A stretch of 64,000 bases of DNA from a bacterium (GTDB lineage Bacteria > Patescibacteriota > Minisyncoccia > Phycocordibacterales > UBA2100), in contig JAUSJH010000009.1 of NCBI GenBank assembly GCA_030647655.1, forward strand, positions 82,196-146,195, written 5' to 3'. The position numbers and the translations under genes are program-made. Position 1 is the first letter of the stretch. Each line of letters begins with the position of its first letter. A model generated the notes under the pieces. That model saw only the letters and a list, made by a program, of their open reading frames with translations. It ran no database searches and was not told where the DNA came from. This document shows positions 36,702 through 46,008 of the stretch, one piece after another.

Positions 36702-37847
36702 ATGAGTATTGCACGAGTAGTGTCTGCGCTCTTGGGTGTTGGAATACTTTTCTCAGCGTCAGTCGTGTTTGCGCAAGGTGATGTAGCAAGCATCCAGAGT
36801 GCCTATCAACAATACAAAGATATTGGTGTTTCTACGATCAAGATCGTCGTGCCCACGGTTACGGAAGTACCGTTCGATCGCGATTTTCTGGAGCGTACGG
36901 ATTTCGCGGTTCTCGACACGACGACGGGCCGTTTCGAGCCCTCATATTTCATGCAGACAAACCTATCGACAGTACTTTTTGCCTCAAGCGATACAGGAAC
37001 AAGCATCGGCTCACTGTCGGACGGCAACACCACTTCGTACGCGTCGTTCGATGTACCGGGTGACAGATTTGTACGCTCAATCATACGTCTCCAAGCCGCA
37101 GAGCCTACTGTTGCGTCCGCCCTCACGATCGCGCTCGATGCGAACGTTGCGTTGCCTGCAACAGTTGCTGTTCGCGCTGGTGGAAAAGTGGTCGTTGCCG
37201 AACGTGCTCTTGATTCGACAGTCGTTCGCTTTCCTCAAACGCGCGCAGGCGACTGGACCATAGAGTTCACGCACGTGCAACCACTTCGGATCACAGAAAT
37301 GCATTTGGTTGAAGATAACGTCCCATCAGGTACACGGTCATTGCGTTTCCTCGCCCAACCGAACCATTCGTATCGGATATATTTCAATCCTGATCGCTCG
37401 GTTATTGTCTCGGTCGGTGAGTCGGGAAATCTTCTGGACAGCAGAGAGGTCTATCGTATCGTGAGCCCACAATCGCGTAGCAATCCTGCATACATACAAG
37501 CAGACGTCGATAGCGACGGGGTCCCCGACATCCGGGACAACTGCGCTTCGATCGCAAATACCGACCAAGCAGATGTCGATATGAACGGCCTTGGTGATGT
37601 GTGCCAAGATTTCGACCGCGATGGAGTATCGAACGTTGAAGACAACTGCAAGGACACGCCGAACGTTGGCCAGACCGACGCGGACGGTGATGGGATAGGC
37701 GATGTGTGTGATGCGGAAGAAAGCCGACTAACAGAGAAATATACATGGATCCCGTGGGTCGGCATCGGCTTTGCCGCGATTGTTATTGTAGTGCTGTTCG
37801 GTCTCACCGCTTTTGCGAAAAAAGAGGACGCCCCTGTTCAGTCGTGA
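36702..37847 (+). CDS. Surface protein with thrombospondin type 3 (Ca-binding) repeats
   Basis: Signal peptide; DSDGVPDIRDNC, DQADVDMNGLGDVC, DRDGVSNVEDNC, DADGDGIGDVCD; C-terminal TM. Confidence 0.85.
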   Translation: MSIARVVSALLGVGILFSASVVFAQGDVASIQSAYQQYKDIGVSTIKIVVPTVTEVPFDRDFLERTDFAVLDTTTGRFEPSYFMQTNLSTVLFASSDTGTSIGSLSDGNTTSYASFDVPGDRFVRSIIRLQAAEPTVASALTIALDANVALPATVAVRAGGKVVVAERALDSTVVRFPQTRAGDWTIEFTHVQPLRITEMHLVEDNVPSGTRSLRFLAQPNHSYRIYFNPDRSVIVSVGESGNLLDSREVYRIVSPQSRSNPAYIQADVDSDGVPDIRDNCASIANTDQADVDMNGLGDVCQDFDRDGVSNVEDNCKDTPNVGQTDADGDGIGDVCDAEESRLTEKYTWIPWVGIGFAAIVIVVLFGLTAFAKKEDAPVQS

Positions 37848-37911
37848 GCGATTGTCAGTCATCCTAGTGGAAAAAAGGAACCGCGGCGTATATCCACGCT
37901 ATACTAGTCGA

Positions 37912-39129
37912 ATGGCGAAGTTCACCTATACCGCCGAGAAGACGGGTGGAGAGGTATACAAGGGTGTCGCGGAGGCGACAGACCGTTTTGAACTGTACGA
38001 TATTGTGCGACAAGAAGGAGGAAGGATAATTTCGGTCGAGGAGGTCGGAGGAAAGGGCTGGCTAAGCATGGCCTACTGGAACTCACTTTTCTCGCATATC
38101 AGCGAATACGAAAAAATCCTTTTCGCGCGCAACTTGGGCGCGATGCTTTCTGCGGGCCTCGCGCTTGTGCGGGCGCTTTCTGTCATCGAACGGCAGACCA
38201 AGAACGCGAAAATGTCGAGCGTCGTCTCGTCTATTTCCTCGGATGTGCGCCGCGGCGACACTCTACACAGCGCTCTTGCCAAGTTCCCGAGCGTATTTCC
38301 GAAGCTTTTCGTCGCGATGGTGCGCGCGGGCGAGGAGGGCGGCGATCTACCCGCATCTCTTCAGGTCATAGCGGATCAGATGGAGCGCATGTATGCTCTC
38401 AAAAAAAAGATACGCGGCGCTCTCATCTATCCATGCATCGTTTTAATCGCGATTTTCGGCATCGGTGTTCTCATGATGATAGAGGTCGTGCCGACTCTTG
38501 CGCAGACGTTCGCGGAAATGAACGCAAAACTTCCAGCCTCGACCATGTTCATAATCGGGTTGAGCAATTTTCTCGTGCGGTACACCTTCGTGGCGCTGGG
38601 CCTCGTGGCGGGCATTATCGCACTCATTTATTTTGTGGCACGCACTTCTATCGGTAAACGCGGGCTCGACTTTTTCTTCCTGCACTTGCCCTTGATCGGT
38701 CCGATGGTGCGCGAGGTGAATGCCGCGCGCACATCACGCACTCTCGCCTCTCTTCTCACTTCCGGAGTCGACGTCATAACTTCGCTCGACATCGTCGGAG
38801 AAGTCGTCCAGAATTCGTACTTTCGGGAGGTCATACGCGACGCAGGAAAGGCGGTCGGCGGCGGCGAGCCTTTGTCTGCCGCGTTTACGCGCCGCGAAGA
38901 TCTTTACCCAGCGTTCGTGGGAGAGATGATGGCGGTCGGCGAGGAGACGGGGCAAGTGGGCGAGATGTTGAGGCGCCTCGCGCTTTTTTATGAGGACGAG
39001 GTGGACAGGAAGACCAAAGACATGTCGACCATTATCGAGCCGTTCCTCATGATCATCATCGGGGGCGCGGTCGGCTTCTTCGCGGTTTCCATGATCACAC
39101 CCATCTACCAACTCTCGGAGAACATTTAG
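37912..39129 (+). CDS. pilC: Type IV pilus platform protein (PilC/GspF)
   Basis: FARNLGAMLSAGL, MVRAGEEGG, KKKIRGALIYP, VGEETG, IIEPFLM. Confidence 0.94.
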   Translation: MAKFTYTAEKTGGEVYKGVAEATDRFELYDIVRQEGGRIISVEEVGGKGWLSMAYWNSLFSHISEYEKILFARNLGAMLSAGLALVRALSVIERQTKNAKMSSVVSSISSDVRRGDTLHSALAKFPSVFPKLFVAMVRAGEEGGDLPASLQVIADQMERMYALKKKIRGALIYPCIVLIAIFGIGVLMMIEVVPTLAQTFAEMNAKLPASTMFIIGLSNFLVRYTFVALGLVAGIIALIYFVARTSIGKRGLDFFFLHLPLIGPMVREVNAARTSRTLASLLTSGVDVITSLDIVGEVVQNSYFREVIRDAGKAVGGGEPLSAAFTRREDLYPAFVGEMMAVGEETGQVGEMLRRLALFYEDEVDRKTKDMSTIIEPFLMIIIGGAVGFFAVSMITPIYQLSENI

Positions 39130-39130
39130 T

Positions 39131-40873
39131 ATGCGAACAATGGGCGAGCGCGGGGTGACTTTGATAGACACCGTCGTCGGAAGCGCGCTCATGCTCGTCA
39201 TTTTCCTCGGGATTGGTGCGGCATTCCAGCTTTCGGTCGATGTCGTTACCAACAACAAAGCGCGCGGTGGGGCAATCGCTCTCGCAGCCGAACGCATGGA
39301 ATACATCCGGAGCCTCACGTATGCTTCGGTCGGCACTTCGGGCGGCATTCCCGCGGGCGGAATCGCACAGTCAGAAACGGTCGTTCAAAATGGCATCACA
39401 TACACGCGCCGCACCGTCGTCGAATATGCAGATGACCCGAAGGATGGCTCGGGCGCGGCCGACGGGAACGGCATTACTTCGGATTACAAGGTCGCGAAGG
39501 TTGACGTCGCGTGGACCTCGCGCACGGGGACCCGCCACATCACACTCGTCTCGCGATTTGAACCTCCTGCAGGAATGGAAATAGCGTGCGCGCCTCCGTG
39601 CGGCACGCTCACCGTGAACGTGGCCAATGCCGCCTCACAGCCTCTCTCTAGCGTATCGGTTTCCATCGTGAACGCTTCGACCACACCCCCGATCAACATC
39701 AACACCTTCACCAATGCAAGCGGCACGGTCTCATTCATAGGCGCTCCCGCGTCCGCCGGATATGCCATAGTAGTGACGAAAACCGGTTACTCCACCGCGC
39801 GCACGTACAGCGTGACATCGGGGAATTCGGACCCGAATCCGGGGAATCTCACCGTATCCAACAACCAGACTACCGTGGGCACATTTCAAATCGACATACT
39901 CTCGACGCTGGCAGTCACCACGTATTCGCTTTCGACGAACACATGGTCGGACACGTTCTCAAATGACAGCAAAATCGGCGCCTCGACAAGCAATATTGAG
40001 GTAAGCGGCAATCGCGCGCGTTTTGCAGGGAGTCAGCCATGGACAGCACCTGCCGATCTCTATTCTCTGACCATCACACCAACCGCGCTTTCGCGTTGGG
40101 GGACCTTTTCTTGGAATGATACGCAACCTGCAGAAACGACTATAACCTATCATGTCTACTATCCTACCGGCCCCACTTTTTCACTTCTCCCCGATTCGGT
40201 CTTGGCAGGCAACAGCACGGGCTTTTCGGCGGGGACCTCTGTCGACTTGAGTGGCGTCCCTGCGAGCATATACCCGAGTCTCGTACTTCACGCGCATCTT
40301 GTCGCGCTCAATCCATCCGCACCCTCACCTTCTATTGAGGATTGGGAGCTCACCTACGAGAGCGGGCAGGGAATCGCAATTCCTTTCACATTGCGGGGTA
40401 TCAAGACTATCGGCAATGGGCCTAGTGGCGTCATATATAAGTACGATCAAGTCCACACCACAAATTCTTCAGGGACGCTCACTCTTCCTGCAATGGAGTG
40501 GGATACCTATACGATGACGGTCGCCACACCTACCGGATACGACATCGCGTCTTCGTGTCCGACACAGCCAATGGTGCTTGCACCGAATTCCTCACTCGCG
40601 GCGCAAATTTTCTTCTCCGCGCACACCGACAACTCACTTCTCGTTGATGTGAAAAATCCTACGGGAGGACTTCTTTCGGGCGCCTCTGTGCATCTGACCA
40701 AAGGCGGTTCCTACGACAAGACAACCACCACAGACGCATGCGGGCAGGCGTTCTTCAGCGCCCTCACGAATGGCAATTATTCTATCACCGCCTCTTCGAC
40801 GGGATATCAGACATACAGCTCGGATTTAGTGGATGTTACAGACACCTCTCGGTTCTCGATTACGCTCAATTAG
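39131..40873 (+). CDS. Large minor pilin/adhesin with prepilin N-terminus and beta-sandwich domains
   Basis: ERG|VTLIDTVVG class III signal followed by carboxypeptidase-regulatory-like repeats (TNASGTVSF, TTDACGQAFF). Confidence 0.8.
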   Translation: MRTMGERGVTLIDTVVGSALMLVIFLGIGAAFQLSVDVVTNNKARGGAIALAAERMEYIRSLTYASVGTSGGIPAGGIAQSETVVQNGITYTRRTVVEYADDPKDGSGAADGNGITSDYKVAKVDVAWTSRTGTRHITLVSRFEPPAGMEIACAPPCGTLTVNVANAASQPLSSVSVSIVNASTTPPININTFTNASGTVSFIGAPASAGYAIVVTKTGYSTARTYSVTSGNSDPNPGNLTVSNNQTTVGTFQIDILSTLAVTTYSLSTNTWSDTFSNDSKIGASTSNIEVSGNRARFAGSQPWTAPADLYSLTITPTALSRWGTFSWNDTQPAETTITYHVYYPTGPTFSLLPDSVLAGNSTGFSAGTSVDLSGVPASIYPSLVLHAHLVALNPSAPSPSIEDWELTYESGQGIAIPFTLRGIKTIGNGPSGVIYKYDQVHTTNSSGTLTLPAMEWDTYTMTVATPTGYDIASSCPTQPMVLAPNSSLAAQIFFSAHTDNSLLVDVKNPTGGLLSGASVHLTKGGSYDKTTTTDACGQAFFSALTNGNYSITASSTGYQTYSSDLVDVTDTSRFSITLN

Positions 40874-40874
40874 T

Positions 40875-41483
40875 ATGCCTAGTATGCCGCACAGGAATCG
40901 TTGCAGGGGGATGACGCTCATCGAGGCGCTCGTCTGGATAGCGGTATTCGTAATGGTGATGCTCGCGCTCACGACCTCCGTCCTGTATTTCTATCGCACG
41001 AGCAATTACGCAATCCAGCAGGCGAGCGCCATATCTTCGGCGCAGAGGGGTATCGAAGCTTTGATGAAAATCGTGCGGGAGGCTTCCTACGCGTCGAACG
41101 GTGCATATCCGGTCGCAGAAATCGCGACCAGCAGTCTCACGTTCTACGCCGATGCCGATTCCGACGCCGCGATAGAACGAGTGCACTACTATCTGCAGAA
41201 CAATACGCTGATGAAAGGTGTGCTCGATCCGAGCGGTGATCCGCCAGCATACAGCGGAGCGGAGGCGACATCCACCATTTCGGAGAATCTGCGCAACACA
41301 GCACTCGGCGTCTCCCTTTTCACCTACTACAACAAGAGCGGCGTACAGATAAGCGATTATACGCGCATCGCCGACGTTCGGTTCGTGTCGGTGGTTATCT
41401 ATGTCGACGTTGATCCTGGGAAAACCCCTACCCCGATTTTTCTGCGGTCATCGGCGGCGATGCGCAATCTCGTTGGAAAATAG
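40875..41483 (+). CDS. Prepilin-type minor pilin (PilW-like)
   Basis: RG|MTLIEALVWIAVF class III signal peptide. Confidence 0.85.
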   Translation: MPSMPHRNRCRGMTLIEALVWIAVFVMVMLALTTSVLYFYRTSNYAIQQASAISSAQRGIEALMKIVREASYASNGAYPVAEIATSSLTFYADADSDAAIERVHYYLQNNTLMKGVLDPSGDPPAYSGAEATSTISENLRNTALGVSLFTYYNKSGVQISDYTRIADVRFVSVVIYVDVDPGKTPTPIFLRSSAAMRNLVGK

Positions 41484-41484
41484 T

Positions 41485-42975
41485 ATGCGGCACCAGACAC
41501 CAGACACCAGAGACCGGAAAACAGACGAAAGCGCTGTTGCCCGTTGCCCGTTGCCTATTGCTTGCGCGCAAGCAGGAGTTACCACCATGATGGTCATTGC
41601 CTTTATGGGGATTTTCCTCCTCATCATGGGCACTATCACGAGTTATGCGTTTGAGCAGGCAAAATATGGTCGTGCGCTCTACGGGCGCGAGCAGGCGCTC
41701 GCGATAGCCGAAAGCGGGCTCGAGTACTATCGTTGGTTCCTCGCGCACAATCCGGGCAATCTTACCAACGGAACCGGACTGCCCGGCCCCTACACTTACA
41801 CAGTGAACGATCCGGAAGGGGGCACGTTGGGGAACGCATCTCTGACGGTGACGGGGAACTCTCAATGCGGCGTCATCCAATCTATCGATATCACATCACG
41901 CGGAACGTCCAATGCGAATGTCGGGTTCCCGCGCACGCTCTTTGCGCGCTACATGCGTCCGTCGGTCGCGGCGTATTCGTATCTTCTCAAAAGCAACGTA
42001 TGGGCGGGCCCCGACCGCAACATCACCGGCCGGTATCACTCCAACGGGGGAATCCGCATGGACGGCACCAACAACTCCGACGTTTCCAGTGCCCTCACCA
42101 CTTGGACGTGTGACGCGGGCTCAGGGTGTCCCTCGACAAAAAATGGTGTGTTCGGTGCGGGGCCGGGGTTTGCGCTCTGGTACAATTCGGCCGCTTCGGT
42201 AGATTTTGCCGGCATCGCGACATCTCTCGCGAGCCTCAAGACCTATGCGCAGACAGGCGGCGGATTGTATTTTGCCTCCTCTACCGGGTCAGTAACCAGT
42301 CGCGGGTACCACATGCTCTTCAAATCGAACGGGACGGTCGATGTGTCCCGCGTGACAGGGACGGTGGGAGTGAAGGGCTCGGCTGACGGCTCCACGTTTC
42401 CCACCGAGTACAACATCATTGCCAACAAAACATTGCTCGGCAATTACACCATCCCCGCCTCATGCAGTTTGATTTTCGCCGATGACCGCGTATGGGTCGA
42501 AGGAGTCGTGAAGGGAAAAGTAACGGTCGTTGCGGCAACACCCTCCGACACAGGGACCTCGCCGGATGCGATAATTGCCAACAACATCACATACGCCGCA
42601 AACGATGGCACGTCGGGCCTTACTGTTATGTCGGAGCGCAACGTCCTTATCCCTCTTACGTCACCCGACATAATGGAAATCCACGGCATCTTTGTTGCCC
42701 AAAGCGGATACTATGGACGCAATCACTACACGACGAGCGGAAATAACGAAGTACCTTCGCAATACGATTCTTATGTCATGCAAACGCAGTTGACGACCGT
42801 CGGCACGATTGTTTCCGCGGGGCGCACGGGAACGAAGTGGACAAACGGCGGCGTCTTCGTTTCAGGCTACGCGACGCGCGTAGACGCATACGACCAACTG
42901 CAGGCGATGAACCCGCCACCTTTCACACCATCCGCATCGACGGACTACAGCTTCGTTTTGTGGCGTGAGCAATGA
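41485..42975 (+). CDS. PilX-like minor pilin
   Basis: AG|VTTMMVIAF...EQALAIAESGLEY PilX-type N-terminus; HSNGGIRMDG. Confidence 0.75.
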   Translation: MRHQTPDTRDRKTDESAVARCPLPIACAQAGVTTMMVIAFMGIFLLIMGTITSYAFEQAKYGRALYGREQALAIAESGLEYYRWFLAHNPGNLTNGTGLPGPYTYTVNDPEGGTLGNASLTVTGNSQCGVIQSIDITSRGTSNANVGFPRTLFARYMRPSVAAYSYLLKSNVWAGPDRNITGRYHSNGGIRMDGTNNSDVSSALTTWTCDAGSGCPSTKNGVFGAGPGFALWYNSAASVDFAGIATSLASLKTYAQTGGGLYFASSTGSVTSRGYHMLFKSNGTVDVSRVTGTVGVKGSADGSTFPTEYNIIANKTLLGNYTIPASCSLIFADDRVWVEGVVKGKVTVVAATPSDTGTSPDAIIANNITYAANDGTSGLTVMSERNVLIPLTSPDIMEIHGIFVAQSGYYGRNHYTTSGNNEVPSQYDSYVMQTQLTTVGTIVSAGRTGTKWTNGGVFVSGYATRVDAYDQLQAMNPPPFTPSASTDYSFVLWREQ

Positions 42976-43000
42976 TTATCCATCATGCTACAATCGGCGC

Positions 43001-43756
43001 ATGAAAGCGCTCGTGGTCGCGAATTGGAAGATGAATCCTCCCACTTTCCGAGAGGCAAAAAAACTCCTTGAGACGACGCGGAAGGCAGCCGATGCTACAG
43101 AGCACGTGACGCTCGTAGTGGCACCACCCGCGATATTCTTGCGCGAGTTGCGCGCCCGCCACAAAGGAAAAAAAATTGCCTTTGCGCTCCAAAATGCGAG
43201 TGCGGAAGAAAGCGGTGCATACACGGGAGAAATATCACTTGCGCAAGGCGCGGACGCGGGTGCTACCTACGCAATCGTCGGGCATGCCGAGCGTAGAGCG
43301 ATGGGGGAGAGTAGTGATGACACGCAAAAAAAAGTCGCCGCGGCCCTTGCAGCAAATATGACGCCTATTTTATGCGTCGGCGAAGCTACGCGCACGGCTT
43401 CCGCAGAATATTTCGGTGTTGTGAAAGAACAACTTCGCATCGGCCTTGCCGATATCTCATCCTCACAACTCGGTAGCGTCATCATCTCGTACGAGCCAGT
43501 CTGGGCTATCGGCGGCGAGAAGACAATGAGCCCGCGGGATATGCATGAAATGGCGATTTTCATCAGGAAAACGGTCGTCGAACTGCACGGCGAAAAAGGT
43601 ATGGGTGTAAAGATTATTTATGGAGGCGCCGCTACGGAATCCAATGCGGCGAATATGCTCCGCGACGGGGATGTAGATGGCCTTCTTGTGGGGCATGTGA
43701 GTGTCGATGCGCCACGCTTCGCGGCGCTCTTACAGGCTATAGAGGACGCGACATGA
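43001..43756 (+). CDS. tpiA: Triosephosphate isomerase
   Basis: ANWKMN, GAYTGEIS, VGHAERR, YEPVWAIG, YGG. Confidence 0.95.
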   Translation: MKALVVANWKMNPPTFREAKKLLETTRKAADATEHVTLVVAPPAIFLRELRARHKGKKIAFALQNASAEESGAYTGEISLAQGADAGATYAIVGHAERRAMGESSDDTQKKVAAALAANMTPILCVGEATRTASAEYFGVVKEQLRIGLADISSSQLGSVIISYEPVWAIGGEKTMSPRDMHEMAIFIRKTVVELHGEKGMGVKIIYGGAATESNAANMLRDGDVDGLLVGHVSVDAPRFAALLQAIEDAT

Positions 43757-44883
43757 GGTGCATCGACAAAATACCGGCGGGTGAGTTGAAAGGGAAGCGA
43801 GTATTTTTGCGCACGATACTTAATCTCCCGACTGCGCCAGACGGTAGCGTGACCGACATCTTTCGTCTCAAGCAAGGACTTCCCACCGTCGAGTTTCTCG
43901 TGAAGAACGGCGCGAAGGTAATCATCGCGGGATATTTCGGGCGCAAAGGAGAAAGTATGCGGCCCGTTGCCGAAGCACTTCAGAAACTTGCTCCGGAAAT
44001 CAAGATATATTTCTTCGGGACTCCGTTTGAACAAGCGCCAGCTGAAGCGGCTGCTCTCAAAGAAGGCGAGTGTCTTGTTTTGGAAAATACTCGTCGCGAC
44101 CCTGGAGAGGAATCGAATGATCCCAAATTTGTACGACTTCTTGCAAGTATGGCAGATATATTTGTGAGTGATTCACTACCCGACGCACATCGCAACTACG
44201 CCTCGAGTGTCGGTATTGCAAAAGTTCTCCCACCGTACGCCGGATTTCTTATGCGAGACGAGGTAGCTAATCTTTCGGTCGCGCGGACACCCGAACATCC
44301 GTCACTCGCTATTCTCGGCGGCGCGAAATTCGAGACCAAAGCGCCGCTCATCAAGTTGTTGCTTGAAAAATATGACCATGTGTTCATCGCCGGCGCCCTC
44401 GCGAACGATGTTTTCAAAGCGCGCGGACTTCCTGTCGGCCGCTCGCTTATCTCAAAGGAATTACCGAGTGAGAACATTCTTTCGAACCCGCGTTTTCTTG
44501 CACCAATTGATGTCACGGTAGAGCGCTCGGACGGGCAGGCGCGCGTAAAAAAGCCGCAAGAGGTGGACACCGACGACAAAATCGTTGATATCGGACCGGA
44601 CACCATAGCACTTCTCGCACCGCACATCGCAAGCGCAAAATTCATTCTCTGGAGCGGCCCCACCGGCATGTACGAGAACGGATACATCTCATGGACGACC
44701 GCGCTCGCGGAGCTGATAGCGACGAGTAACGCAAAGAAGGTCATCGGCGGCGGCGACACCATCGCCGCGATAGAAGCAACGGGTGTGCCGCAGGAGAAAT
44801 TGGGATTTCTCTCGACCGGTGGCGGCGCGATGTTGGCGTACTTGTTAAAAGGCACGCTTCCCGGAATCGCGGCGCTCGGCTGA
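43753..44883 (+). CDS. pgk: Phosphoglycerate kinase (divergent)
   Basis: LENTR, AHR, LGGAKFETK, DIGPDT, GGGDT, STGGGA. Confidence 0.9.
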   Translation: MRCIDKIPAGELKGKRVFLRTILNLPTAPDGSVTDIFRLKQGLPTVEFLVKNGAKVIIAGYFGRKGESMRPVAEALQKLAPEIKIYFFGTPFEQAPAEAAALKEGECLVLENTRRDPGEESNDPKFVRLLASMADIFVSDSLPDAHRNYASSVGIAKVLPPYAGFLMRDEVANLSVARTPEHPSLAILGGAKFETKAPLIKLLLEKYDHVFIAGALANDVFKARGLPVGRSLISKELPSENILSNPRFLAPIDVTVERSDGQARVKKPQEVDTDDKIVDIGPDTIALLAPHIASAKFILWSGPTGMYENGYISWTTALAELIATSNAKKVIGGGDTIAAIEATGVPQEKLGFLSTGGGAMLAYLLKGTLPGIAALG

Positions 44884-44976
44884 CTTGCCTCGCGAAGCGT
44901 TCCTGTGCCAAGATGCCCGCGGGAGCCGTGCTAAGGCTCACAATAGCTAAACAGAAGGGCGGGGGAGACCCCGTGT

Positions 44977-45525
44977 ATGAAAATGCCATTCTTTCTCAAT
45001 CGGTTCTGGCCGACCGTCGTTCTCGTCCTGATGACGACTACCTACCTGACGGGAGTCAAATACGGCATGTCGACATCGAATGCTTTGGCGGCGGCGGCAT
45101 GGACGGGGTTCGTAACGTTCTTGCTGGTCGTTGGCGTTATCAACGAATCTGGAGGCCGTCACCGGATGGATAATCCGATCGCGCTGTGGGTGACATCCTT
45201 CATGGCGTTCGCTCCGGTAGGACCCGCAGCGTATTCTGGCAATGTGTATCTCTCGGTGCTCATTGTCATCGCGACGGTTCTTATGGCCGGCGCCATCGTC
45301 TATCTGCTCGAGCGAGCGATTATCGGCGGGAGAAAAGGTCTGTGGTCGCTCGAGTACGGGCTCGTCCCGCTCGGTGTCGTTTTTGCCGCGGGGCTCGAGG
45401 TCAGCGGCAAACACGAGTGGGCGGGTGCCTTGCTCGCGGTCTGTTGGTTCCTGCACTTTTTCTTCAAACAGATACCCCAGCTTCTTGCGAGCGTGGGCAT
45501 CATGCCTCTCCGCAGTGGCGGATGA
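44977..45525 (+). CDS. Hypothetical polytopic membrane protein
   Basis: 182 aa with about six hydrophobic segments; SD-like GGGGAG upstream. Confidence 0.6.
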   Translation: MKMPFFLNRFWPTVVLVLMTTTYLTGVKYGMSTSNALAAAAWTGFVTFLLVVGVINESGGRHRMDNPIALWVTSFMAFAPVGPAAYSGNVYLSVLIVIATVLMAGAIVYLLERAIIGGRKGLWSLEYGLVPLGVVFAAGLEVSGKHEWAGALLAVCWFLHFFFKQIPQLLASVGIMPLRSGG

Positions 45526-45570
45526 GGTGACAGGCGCGCCGGGAAAGTTCCCCCGACGCGCCTTCGACTT

Positions 45571-45984
45571 TTACGTTAGCGCAGAGCGGATTTTGTCGGC
45601 CGTTTTTGCGAACTCTCCCTCGGCGTACGGTTTTCCGGGCCAGAGCGAGTGCGGGTCTCCTGCAAAGCGCGGCATCACGTGTACGTGCGCATGGAATACT
45701 ACTTGCCCTGCTCCAGCGCGGTTGTTCATGCCGAGATTAATGCCATCGGTCTTCAACGCTTTCTCCAAAGCGTGCGCGACGATGCGCGAGGCGCGCATGA
45801 CGGCTATCCAATCTTTGTCGTCTATCTCAAAGACGTCGGCCGAGTGTTTTTTGGGAATGACGAGCGCGTGTCCGGGATTCACCGGATTAATATCCAAAAA
45901 CGCGAGTGTCTCCGCATCTTCATAGATGATTTGTCCGGGAAGCTCTCGGGCGGCAATCTTGCAGAACAAACAATCAGTGTTCAT
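45571..45984 (-). CDS. HIT family hydrolase
   Basis: DCLFCKI, FLDINPVNPGH, AGQVVFHAHVHVMPR. Confidence 0.95.
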   Translation of the reverse strand: MNTDCLFCKIAARELPGQIIYEDAETLAFLDINPVNPGHALVIPKKHSADVFEIDDKDWIAVMRASRIVAHALEKALKTDGINLGMNNRAGAGQVVFHAHVHVMPRFAGDPHSLWPGKPYAEGEFAKTADKIRSALT

Positions 45985-46008
45985 GCATCCAGTATACAAT
46001 AGAGCTTC

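Noticed and set aside
37846-37875. Possible degenerate pilB 3' tail before pilC (ERLSVILVE versus EVLRVITE)
   Set aside because: The similarity is too weak to separate from chance.
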